Shown here piece by piece: positions 9,488-19,488 of a stretch of 42,016 nucleotides of DNA; within the stretch, counting starts at the first letter, position 1; each line of letters starts with the position of its first letter. The notes below the pieces were generated by a model. It was given only the letters and a program-made list of their open reading frames with translations, searched no databases and was not told the origin of the DNA. Location: positions 1 through 42,016 of the forward strand of contig MRSU01010485.1 of the NCBI GenBank assembly GCA_008369845.1. Reading direction: 5' to 3'. The DNA comes from Trichomonas gallinae. Lineage: Eukaryota. The translations under genes and the position numbers were made by a program.

Positions 9488-12400
9488 TTAGTAACCGAAC
9501 AAACCAAATGCTTTTGTAATTCCTTGGTTGGATTCTTTCCAGCTCTTTCGTGCTTGTGCTACTGTTGCTTCGTCGCAACCAACAAGTGTAAGAATAACTG
9601 GAATCATAGACTCCCGGGTGGAACCATCTTGAATGAAGAACTGCAGTAAAACTTTCTTCATGTATTCTGGCATGAATGTTTCTTGCGATTTTTCTTGAGA
9701 TCTTTCTTGTTGCTTTGGTTTTTCTTTCATCCTTTCAAGCTTCTTTGAAAGTGATTGAATCTTCTTAGCATACAATACAATTTTCTCTTCGCTTTCTTTA
9801 GCTGCTGCTTTGAATTTTTCTTCTACTTGTGTTTTATCGCTTTCAAACTTTTGTATAATTTTATCTTTTTCAGCAATTTCGTTCAAAGCCTCGTTTAATT
9901 TATTTTTGAGTTCGAGAGTCATTGAATCTATATTATTCAACTCTTTCTTGTGTCTAAGTTCGATCTCCTTCTTTTCAATCTCGAATGAATCGAGCTTATC
10001 ATATATATCGTTTTTATCTTTAATTGCTTGTTGAAGCTGAGTCTGAATTTGGCTCAATCTCTCCTGCATTGCATTCTTGGAGTCAATAGCAAGCTTGAGT
10101 TCTCTCTCGATGTCTCTGCCTGTTCCACGCTGCATTTCCATTATCTTCCTCTTGAGATCGAAGTTCTCCTTCTCTGTGTCTGAAATTGTCTGTTGTAATT
10201 TAGACTTGGATTGATTTAGTTTTGTATTTTGTTCAGCAAGTAAATCATTTGATTCTCTCATCTGCTCTAATTCTGTTTCTATTGCTGATTTCGCATTCCT
10301 AACTTTAGCATTATCTTCTTTGAGTCTCGTGCTTTCACTTTCCGCTTTAACTGCTCTATTCATCAAACCTGACATATCTGTCTGAAGTTTTGCAATCTCT
10401 GACTGTAAATCTGACACTTGTGTTGTTAATGTCGACTTCTCTGATTCGATAAGTTTAAGTCTGCCTTCATATGTAGCAATTGTGCTCTTGTAGCTTTGTT
10501 CAGCTGCTTTTGCCTTTTCATCTAAGGACCCAAGTTGGTTTTCTCTGTTGTTCTTTTCTTCTTTCAATTCGGCCATTGTTCTGAGTAACTCTGAAGATAA
10601 TCGATTTCTGTCTTCTAAGACTGATGCTGCACGTGTTTCGGAGCTTTGCAGGCGACCTTCTAATGTCTGAATCTTTGTGTTTAAACTGTCAATTGTTTCC
10701 GCATATTTGGCAGCTGAATTCTTGATTGATTCATTAAGTTTTTCGTTTTCACTTGATAAAGTTTTTGCTGTTTCGACAGCTCTTTGCAATGAATTCTTCT
10801 CTTCTTCGAGATCCTTCTGCAAACTTTCGATTGTTGTTATCGCATTTTCAAGCTCTTGGTTTTTAGCTTCCAATTGTTTTGAAATCTTCTCTATCTGTTC
10901 TTTGTTTTCATTCAAATTGTTGTTGAGTTGAGAGATTTTTTCGTTATAATCTTTTTGAATCATTTGTGATTTGCCGAATTGTTGTTTGATTGATTCGCTT
11001 TCTTTCTCCAATTCAGTAATTCTCTTGTTTTTAGCCTCCAAATCACTCGCTAACTCTTCTATCTTCTTTTGTGAAATTTCATTCTGAGAGCTATTCTTCA
11101 TCATTTCTTCATTTTGGTTATTCTTCATCTCTTCTATCTGACTGTTAAGATCTTTAATAATTTCACCTTTTTGATTATTAAGATCTTGGATCTGGTTATT
11201 TAGGTTTTGTATTGTTTCCGAATCTTTTTGTTTGATTTCTTCAATTTGTTTAGTTAAATTGCTGATTGAGAATTCCAATTCTTCATTTTGCTGGTTAATG
11301 CTTTGGATTTCATTCGCGTGATTATTCTTCATTTCTTCGATTTGTTGCTTTAATTTGTTTATTGTATCTTGAGCTTTCTTCTTGATGTCTTCAATTTGTT
11401 GATTAAGTTTTTGGATAGTTTTTGAATCATTATTCTTGATTTCTTCAATTTGCTTGTTAAGATTTTCATTTTGTTCAATTTGTGACATATGTTTTTGAAT
11501 ATATTCTTGGTTATTTGCGTTAATTTGTTCTATTTGCTTGTTTAGATTTTCAACTGTTTCTGATTCTTTCTTCTTTAGTTCTTCAATCTGTTTGTTAAAA
11601 TTCTGGACAGTTTCTGATTCGTTTTCATTTGACTGTTTGATTCGATTATTCAAGTCTTCAATCTCAGATTTTAGCTTATCAATTGTTTGTGAGTCATTTT
11701 GCTGGATCTCCTTGATTTGGTCTTGTAATCTCAAAATTTCTTCGTTATGAGATTCAGTGAGCTTTTGAATCTGCTCACTGTTGGACTGTTTCAGTTTGTC
11801 AATGAATTCTTTTGCCTTTGCTTTGATTGATTCTATTTCATCTATTTTAGATTGAAGTTCATTAGATCCATTTTGCTTGAGCGAATCAATTTGCTTGCTG
11901 AGATTTTCAATTGTTTCCAAGTCATTCTTTTTCGTTTCTTCAAGTTCATTCTTAAGATTATCAATCAATACTTTAGCTTTTTCTTTAATTGCCGAGATTT
12001 CCGCATTCTTAGAGTTTTCTATTTCTCCATTTTGAGACTGTAAAGAATTAATCTTTTCATTCAATTCTTGAATTGTTGACTGGCTATGAGCATTTAATTT
12101 ATCATCATTTTCTTTAAGTGAGTTAATTTTATCATTGAGCTCTTGAATTGTTGATTGACTCTGAGCATTAAGAACTTCAACTTGCTTGTTTAATTTTTCT
12201 TCATTTTCTTTAAGTGAGTTAATCTCTTTCTCTAGGTTTTCTTTTGTATTTATTAGTTGAGTTATTTCTGCTGATGATTTTTCGTTATTTTGCTTCAAAT
12301 CATTAAGTTCGTTTGTTAATTCATCGATCTTATCTTCTTTTGATGATAATTCTTTCTTTAGTTCACTGATTTGTTCAGAACTCTTCTTCGAGTTTTCATT

Positions 12401-14212
12401 AATGATTTCATCTTTCTTTTGCAGCTGTTTGTTGAAGTTCTCATAGATTTCTGATTCCTTCTGGTTCATTGTGCTGCTGGAAAGACTAAGTTTTTCTTCA
12501 TAATCAGATGTAATTTGAGTAGTTTTTGCTTCCTGATCAGAAATTTTCTCTTTTAATTCTTTGTTTTCATTACTCAAAGCTTTGCAATCCTCTGATAATT
12601 CTTTCAGCTGATTCGTATATTTAGTATCATTCTCTTCAAGTAATTTCTTCAAATCATTGATCTCTTTGTCTATATTTTCTTTTTCCTCAAGTAATTTCTT
12701 CTCATTGATATCTTTGTTTTCTATTTCTTTCTGTTTATCATTGAGTTCAATTTTGAATGTTTCAATTAATTGCTGATTTTGGTTATATTTATTTTGAAGA
12801 TTTTCGAAGTTTTGACTAAGTTCAAAATTCTTTTGTTGAATGTCAGCAATAGTATCATTTCCTGATTGTTCACGATTTAACAGTTCTTGTTTCAATTTTT
12901 CATTCTTTTCTCTTTCTTCACTCAAGATTTTCTCTGATTGCAAGAGTTTATTGTTGAGGTTTGATATCTTGTCATTTATTGAAGATTTTTGAGTTCTTAT
13001 GAATACAGCCATTGATTTGAACAAATTCATCAAATCAGCTTTATCATTAGAAATTTTCTCTTTTTGAGAAACTAAAATCTGTTTCAACTTTGTAATTTCA
13101 TCTTTAACTTTTTTGTTTGCTTTCTCGTTTTGTTCTAAAGCTTCTCTCAATTGATTTGATTCATCATTCGTTGAATTCTTTGATTTCAGCATTGATATTT
13201 GTTTCTCGAAATCTGTTGTTGTCTCTTCCAAAGCTTGTTTTATTTCTTCTAGTTCTGTTTGTGTTCTTTGAAGTTCATCTGATTTTTTAGAGAGTTCTTC
13301 TTCGAGTTGTTGAGAAACTTCTTTATCATTGAAAATAATCTGTTGCAGACTTTCTATTTGTGATGATTTCATCTTCAAGTCTTCCTCATATCCTCTTATT
13401 ATGTCTTTTATTCCATCATCTGTTGACAATTTAGATTTTTTATCATTTTCTTCAATCAAATTCGCGAGTTCATTTATTTGTTCATCTTTTTCTGCAATTT
13501 CTTGTTGAAGTTCTTTGATTTTATTGTTTAGACTTGTAATATCGTCATTACTAGCTGATAATCCAAGTAAATCAAATGCATCTTGCGACTTTTTAGGAGG
13601 CGGAGGTGCTGATAGGTTCAATAGGTCCACTGTTTTGTTCTTCTTCAGTTCTTCGTTTTCTTTCATGAGTTCATCGATTTTTTGGAGAAGTTCTTCAGCA
13701 ATGTCATTTTTATTTTCGCTTTTTAGTTTTTCGTTTTCTTGTTGAATATTTTCCAATTTTGTGAGAAGTTCTCTTCTTTCTTTGTTGAATTCCGCGATTA
13801 GTTCATTGACTGCTTCGTTCTCTGATATCTTTGTTTCCTCTAAATCTTTATTCGCTTTTTCAATTTGCGCGCGTAATTTTAGAATTTCTTGAGCAAATCG
13901 TTTATTTTTAGCGTATTCTGTTTCTAGTGTCTTTTCTTGCTGAATAGTTCGCTCAGAAAGCTCCGTAACTTGTTTTTCGTTATATTGATATTTTGTATAA
14001 ATGTCTTGATATTGATTTGCAGCTTCCTTAAGCTTTGTTTCAGCTTGTTCAATAATAGCATCGCGTTGTTTCACAGCTTCCTCAAGAACTCGCTGATTGT
14101 GTGCATATTTTTCGATATCTTCTTTCGATTTCTTGTATTTAAGCGCTAATGTGTTATATTTCTCTTTAAGCTCCGATGTGGTTATCTTTGCTGGCTGCGG
14201 AGTCGAAGCCAT
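9488..14212 (-). CDS. Large coiled-coil protein with C-terminal GRIP domain (trans-Golgi golgin-like)
   Basis: About 1570 aa of E/K/N/Q-rich heptads with internal duplications (LNAQSQSTIQELNDKINSL / LNAHSQSTIQELNEKINSL). The C-terminus EYMKKVLLQFFIQDGSTRESMIPVILTLVGC matches the GRIP consensus including the conserved Tyr. ATG 14212 is preferred over 14272 because AAAGTGAC lies between them. Confidence 0.85.
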   Translation of the reverse strand: MASTPQPAKITTSELKEKYNTLALKYKKSKEDIEKYAHNQRVLEEAVKQRDAIIEQAETKLKEAANQYQDIYTKYQYNEKQVTELSERTIQQEKTLETEYAKNKRFAQEILKLRAQIEKANKDLEETKISENEAVNELIAEFNKERRELLTKLENIQQENEKLKSENKNDIAEELLQKIDELMKENEELKKNKTVDLLNLSAPPPPKKSQDAFDLLGLSASNDDITSLNNKIKELQQEIAEKDEQINELANLIEENDKKSKLSTDDGIKDIIRGYEEDLKMKSSQIESLQQIIFNDKEVSQQLEEELSKKSDELQRTQTELEEIKQALEETTTDFEKQISMLKSKNSTNDESNQLREALEQNEKANKKVKDEITKLKQILVSQKEKISNDKADLMNLFKSMAVFIRTQKSSINDKISNLNNKLLQSEKILSEEREKNEKLKQELLNREQSGNDTIADIQQKNFELSQNFENLQNKYNQNQQLIETFKIELNDKQKEIENKDINEKKLLEEKENIDKEINDLKKLLEENDTKYTNQLKELSEDCKALSNENKELKEKISDQEAKTTQITSDYEEKLSLSSSTMNQKESEIYENFNKQLQKKDEIINENSKKSSEQISELKKELSSKEDKIDELTNELNDLKQNNEKSSAEITQLINTKENLEKEINSLKENEEKLNKQVEVLNAQSQSTIQELNDKINSLKENDDKLNAHSQSTIQELNEKINSLQSQNGEIENSKNAEISAIKEKAKVLIDNLKNELEETKKNDLETIENLSKQIDSLKQNGSNELQSKIDEIESIKAKAKEFIDKLKQSNSEQIQKLTESHNEEILRLQDQIKEIQQNDSQTIDKLKSEIEDLNNRIKQSNENESETVQNFNKQIEELKKKESETVENLNKQIEQINANNQEYIQKHMSQIEQNENLNKQIEEIKNNDSKTIQKLNQQIEDIKKKAQDTINKLKQQIEEMKNNHANEIQSINQQNEELEFSISNLTKQIEEIKQKDSETIQNLNNQIQDLNNQKGEIIKDLNSQIEEMKNNQNEEMMKNSSQNEISQKKIEELASDLEAKNKRITELEKESESIKQQFGKSQMIQKDYNEKISQLNNNLNENKEQIEKISKQLEAKNQELENAITTIESLQKDLEEEKNSLQRAVETAKTLSSENEKLNESIKNSAAKYAETIDSLNTKIQTLEGRLQSSETRAASVLEDRNRLSSELLRTMAELKEEKNNRENQLGSLDEKAKAAEQSYKSTIATYEGRLKLIESEKSTLTTQVSDLQSEIAKLQTDMSGLMNRAVKAESESTRLKEDNAKVRNAKSAIETELEQMRESNDLLAEQNTKLNQSKSKLQQTISDTEKENFDLKRKIMEMQRGTGRDIERELKLAIDSKNAMQERLSQIQTQLQQAIKDKNDIYDKLDSFEIEKKEIELRHKKELNNIDSMTLELKNKLNEALNEIAEKDKIIQKFESDKTQVEEKFKAAAKESEEKIVLYAKKIQSLSKKLERMKEKPKQQERSQEKSQETFMPEYMKKVLLQFFIQDGSTRESMIPVILTLVGCDEATVAQARKSWKESNQGITKAFGLFGY

Positions 14213-14225
14213 AGAAGAGAATTTT

Positions 14226-14233
14226 GTCACTTT
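14226..14233 (-). promoter_or_regulatory. AAAGTGAC core-promoter motif (trichomonad 'M2'-type)
   Basis: Exact AAAGTGAC on the minus strand, 13 nt upstream of ATG 14212. Confidence 0.5.
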
Positions 14234-14983
14234 TGTTAAAATTTTATTTCCAAAAACATTAGTTGCGATCATTATTACTTTATTTGTCTTCTATATGACC
14301 TATATAGCTAAAATAACTTAATACTTCCATTGAAACTCCAATGATATATTTTCTCTAAATTAATTTTTGGTTTTTGGAGTATTTTATATATTATATTACC
14401 TTCGGATTTTGTGCTATTTAGGTAATTTTTCATTAATAATATGTGTTATCGATTTAAATGTTCAATTTTGATTAAAAACAAGATTAATTCAAAAATAATA
14501 GCTAAAATCAGTTAAGATCAATGTTATATTCACGATTTCTCTTTGAAACAACGGTAAAATATATTGATATATCATGATAATGAAATTTGAAAATTGTTAA
14601 CTGCATTTCTTGATGCCCATATGTTTGCTATTTTAATCATAATTATGTATGTGATGCATAATTTATGTGAAAGTAATAGATTATTGATAAAAAATCAAAA
14701 AGTATAATTATAATTATTTCGAACAGCGAATTATGAGATTATATAATTGCAATTCCAATCAAATTTAACATGATTTATGCTCTGGCACCATGGTAAAAGC
14801 TCAATTCGAATATTGATAATTTTCATGAAATCATATAACGAATATTAGAGCCGTATGAATTGAAAAAATGCAAAATAAACTGCATATTTAAAACATATAA
14901 CTAACAAAACAATAAATAACTAAAATGAAATATTCTGGGATATTGATCTGAGTTGTAAGCTCAATAATATAATATAATGAAAG

Positions 14984-15496
14984 CTACTCTGTATATTTCT
15001 GTGTAGGTAAGCGCTCAAAGAAACGGCTAATAAACCTGTCATCGAGTATCGCTGCTTCTTTCGAAGGAGGCTCCTGGGACTTGACCTGAGTGATATCATC
15101 TGCCATAGCTGACTCGTTGTCGGTCGAATTTGGTTCTTGTTTTTCAGATGTCTTCCTTGTGCCTTCTTTTAATACCGTATTATATCTGTTTTTAATTGAA
15201 TTATCTGATCTACCGACAAGATATATCGCAATCTGCGACCATCTTGTTCCAAATTCTTGTACTTTTTCTTTAATAATTCTATCTTCTTCTGGCGTCCATG
15301 GTTGATTTGAATTCCTGGGTGATATATAATTGTGCCATCTATCTCTCAACTGTTTAGCTGTAAAACCTGGCATCATGTTGGCAACATCTTTCCAGCCAGT
15401 AAATGGCTTCTCCATGATGATTTTTTCCAATCTATGGTCATCTTTATCAGAGAACAGACGCCGGCGTTTAACACCGGCGCTATTCCGTTCGTCCAC
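14984..15496 (-). CDS. R2R3 Myb-like DNA-binding protein (start uncertain, GTG at 15496)
   Basis: Two Myb repeats: FSDKDDHRL...WKDVANMMPGFTAKQLRDRWHNYISP and WTPEEDRII...GTRWSQIAIYLVGRSDNSIKNRY. There is no in-frame ATG before repeat 1; the first in-frame ATG (15415) lies inside it. Confidence 0.85.
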   Translation of the reverse strand: MDERNSAGVKRRRLFSDKDDHRLEKIIMEKPFTGWKDVANMMPGFTAKQLRDRWHNYISPRNSNQPWTPEEDRIIKEKVQEFGTRWSQIAIYLVGRSDNSIKNRYNTVLKEGTRKTSEKQEPNSTDNESAMADDITQVKSQEPPSKEAAILDDRFISRFFERLPTQKYTE

Positions 15497-15623
15497 AAGT
15501 AGTTGTGCGTAAATTTTTTTCAGAGGAAAAAAATAATAATAATAAACTCATGAGGTCCCTTCAATAGTACTCAAAAAGACGATTATTTTGTAAATATCAG
15601 AAATAAATTGTTAAGGTGCATTC

Positions 15624-15670
15624 AACTTGCGTCAAAACCGCTCATTTGTTTGCTTCATAAACTTGCGTCA
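15624..15670 (-). promoter_or_regulatory. Two direct copies of AACTTGCGTCA flanking an AGCGGTTT (M3-type, Myb-site-like) motif upstream of the Myb gene
   Basis: AACTTGCGTCA at 15624-15634 and 15660-15670. AAACCGCT at 15635-15642 reads AGCGGTTT on the gene strand and fits the DRCSGYTD trichomonad motif. Confidence 0.4.
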
Positions 15671-18339
15671 TATTCGAAAAATACGAGCTTATTGCAGTGA
15701 ATTAAGAATTATTTGGAAGTTAATGTTTATTTAAGAGAGTTTCTCACAATCTTGAAAGATTTTAGGTTTCAAAAAAAAAATTGATAATTATCATTGGATT
15801 GTATATATCAAGATTTTTAAAGAAACTTTATTTGACTGGTTGAATTTTGAAAGAGAAACCCAGCAATTTTGGTCATTAAGGAGCCAACGTGCGATTGCAT
15901 AAGATAGTGGGCAATATACGAATATATCACTTTCGAGTTATTAGCTAAGAACTTAGTCTTAAACGAATTTGCATCATCATTTTGCAAATCTAAGCGATGA
16001 ACCTTTTTTTAAATTTGAGATTGATATTTTCCATGGAATTTCCATTATCGCGGTTCAAATTCAAAAAACATAGGAGTGCATTATTGTCAAAAAATATGCC
16101 AGCTTCATCTCTCTGTTCAGCGCTGACTAAAAGCGTATAACAATTTGAACGAGTGCTTAATCTTTAGGGGTATTCAATAAGATATCATTTTGAAATACGA
16201 AAATATTGAGCTCAAACGAATTTGATGTAAGCAGGATAAAGTTTAAAAGCCAAGCAATATGATATAGCAAATATTAATGATCTCGGATCTATCAGTGCAA
16301 TATTGAATTGTATTTCGTATTGTGAAAGATATAGTATCTGAGATATCTTTAAACGAACATGAAGTATATATGATATCAAAAAATTAAATTGCATGATCGA
16401 TATTAGGTCGTATATAGATATCATTTTGATTTAGATTTTTGCCGTAGATTATTTTCCAAGAGTCGTCTTTTTTATCAAATATTTGATTATGAATTCGATA
16501 TATTGATATATTGATGATATATCCGACAGAATATTCCTAAAAAAATTTAAATTAAATTCGTGAAAAAACTGAATGAATTGGAAACTGTCGATAAATAATT
16601 CAATTTGGATGGGTCGTTTGATAATAGTTTTAAAAATTCATTTATATATTTTTTTGTTGAAAGTATATTTTTGTCGAAAAATATGAATGTAGTAGTATGC
16701 TTGTATTGATAATAAATGTATATCTTCGATCATTGTTGAAACTAGAGTGTTTTGATTGAATTATATATTTTTTTGAAATAATGGAATATAAATCATATGT
16801 ATATATTCATGTGATGATGCTGATGCATGAAACACTAAATCATGAATGAACCTAAATTGTTTTTTTCAAAAATGAATAAAATCATTGCAATATTCTTGAT
16901 ATAATGGAGTAATGGATTATATTTGATATACTAATATAGATTGTTGGTGCTCAATGGTCAATTTTCGTGTGAATATTTTTGTTTTTGAATTATTAACATG
17001 ATTAATAGTGGCTAATGATACTTTTTGAATGTATGTTTGATATATATGTCCATTGTATATTTCCTTTGTACTTGTTCTTCTAGTTTTATCAAAGAAAAAA
17101 ACAAGCATTTCAGAGGAAGAGGCATGGCGAAATTTTGAAACTTATTGAACTTTTGAATGAAATAAACTCGATAGTTCTAGTCAATCTCACAGAAAAATTT
17201 TGATTAGATCTCAAAACCTGGTTTTTCAATTTGATCATTACTTAGGAATAACTTACTGCGTTTAAATATTAAAAAGTTCAGAGTGATGTGTATTAAAATA
17301 AAGTGACTGGACAAAATAAGAACCATTGGAAAAATAAAAAATTCTGAATAGTTTTGTTATCCTTTCAATTTCATAAAACTTTGAGTGCCCACGCGCATCA
17401 AAAATTTTTGGACTGTTTGAATGCAGTTTTCCTATTCTATTAAGTGAGTAGATAAGGAAAACTCGTGTTTGGAGGGAAAATAAATTTTGATGAAGCGTAA
17501 AAATAAAAACTTATGCTTTCGGTATTATCACTTCTATAATCACTTTTTTGTTCCTGAAAATTCGTTAGAAATTATTTGTTAATTGGTCATGTTGGAAAAT
17601 TAAGTGAATTAGTAATAAGTATGGTGCTCGGATCAATATGTTTCGATAAACCATCGTCCTATATAATCAATTCACAATTATGAATCAATTTTGAAAAAAA
17701 AGTTCTTTTTGAGAGCAATTAATGTGAATGTTCTCACTCGCACGCATTAATTGATTGTAAATTCACTTAGTATATTGATTGGTAATAGAAAAAGCATGTG
17801 TTTACAGTGAAATCCTAATGAAAATTTAAATTATCAAAAAATTCAAGTAATTAACTGTATTATTGCAATATACTATAGATCATATATACATGTGAATATA
17901 TTAGTTATTTAATAATAGATTAATATTTTTCAAAAAAAAATTAGACAATTTTTGAATAACCATTTAGAATTTAGTCTAATAAAGCGTGCAAAATGTGTCA
18001 TGCTTCTTACATCTTTCTATTAAATGAACGTAAGTTTCAAATCTATGAATATTTGATTTAGAGGAATACAAATTCAATATAATAACGAGATATACGTGGT
18101 CTATAAATAGCAATAGCTAGCGACTAATATATACTGAGATTCAAAGATGTCAAAGAATTTCTCAAGAGTATGGGCATCGTTATTAAATATAAGACTGTAA
18201 ACATATTTTGCTGCCAGAATATGATATGGGTTTTGGGTCAAACGATGAATCAAAAAAATTGCTGCAAGGAACTGCAAATAAAGATGTGTTTTAGCTTTTG
18301 TAGTGTCTTAGAAAGCTAGGTAGTAATCATGTTCAATGA

Positions 18340-19010
18340 AAAAAATGATGAATTCAACAATTTAAGATTTATTGGATTGGATTTGTGAAGCGCCACCAAT
18401 TTTGAAGTGAATCATAGAGATTTTACGGCATATATTTGATAAATCTCAGTCGTTGGGTAGAAAATAGTTAATAATTTTCAAGGAATGATTAATTCAACGA
18501 CTGACGACATATTACCATATGGAACTAGATTTATTATCATTCGATTAATGTAATACGAATGGAAAACGCTTGTCTCACGGGTGATATTTTTTTCTCATTA
18601 TATTATTGGTTTGTACAAGCAAGTGAGAGTATTAGATTATTCATCTACTATTGTTGTGTATCTGATCGGAGGCTGAATAAAGCTCTAATATGAATATATA
18701 AGCAAAAATGAACAAGTTTTTGCTTTTTGGAAATTACTAACTGTAATTAGATTAACTGATGGTTGCTTAATGGTGTTCAATTGCTTTTGAAGCCGAGAAA
18801 CATTTTTGAAAATAACATTGCAAATTATTCACTTTAGATTGAGGTCGTTGATATCACCGATATAGTATGAGTGATATAAGCGTATTTCCAATTTTAGAAC
18901 GCCAGTTACCTTTAGATCGCAGATGCGGATATTTGATTAATGATCGTGAGATGAGGCAAACAGTATGGACCCAGGTTGTCCTACTTAGGTGTATACAAAT
19001 AGTCATAATA
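18340..19010 (+). mobile_element. Possible heavily degraded Mutator-like (MULE) DDE transposase relic
   Basis: Fragments in shifting frames occur in MULE order: DEFNNLRFIGL, DFTAYI, GMINSTTDDILPYG, EN...IF, STIVV/SDRRLNKALI, FC, and W...LG/YTNS. Many stops are present; the match is by eye only. Confidence 0.3.
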
Positions 19011-19477
19011 TAGATATAAATAACGAATCCCACAGGTGATTATTATTTAAACTAATCAAAAAGAAAAAATCAATCAAAATTTTCGATGAATTCGATAAAG
19101 AAATGATTAAAGGTCATATCAATATAAAAAATTTTTCTGATAAATCTAAAAATTTTATGAACAAAAATAGATAAAATATTTAACTAAGTCTAAAGAGCAG
19201 TTCTTTTCGATAACTAATCAATTTCGAACACATTTTGATATGATTGAATCCGATTCAAAAGTCTTTGGAATCACAAAACTGTGCTAGTAATCAGTATACA
19301 TCATTTCAGTGACCGATTAAATCATCATCGTAACTTCTCAAAAATTTTGACATTCTTAGAATTATTATTGTCTAAATGAATATAATGATAATTTAAAGCA
19401 ATTTTTTTCAGTAAAAATATTTTTTGAGACATGTTTGTTCATAGAATTGTGAGGAGAAGAAAATTGACTGTTTTATA

Positions 19478-19482
19478 TCATT
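19478..19482 (+). promoter_or_regulatory. Initiator (Inr) TCATT of G6PD::6PGL
   Basis: TCATTTTTTAA directly precedes ATG 19489. Confidence 0.65.
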
Positions 19483-19488
19483 TTTTAA

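Noticed and set aside
9810..14321. Plus-strand S/F/L-rich ORFs opposite the golgin, and similar shadow ORFs over the CLC, peptidase, kinases, lipin and Mybs
   Set aside because: Antisense shadows of real coding sequence, with no independent coding signal.
15497..15551. Possible intron joining ATG 15551 to the Myb frame
   Set aside because: No GT...ACTAAC/TCTAAC...CAG trichomonad intron signature is present in the interval.
16180..16429. 14-bp direct repeat AGATATCATTTTGA and GATAT-rich tract
   Set aside because: AT-rich, only two copies, with no regular spacing. Not a CRISPR array or a supportable LTR.
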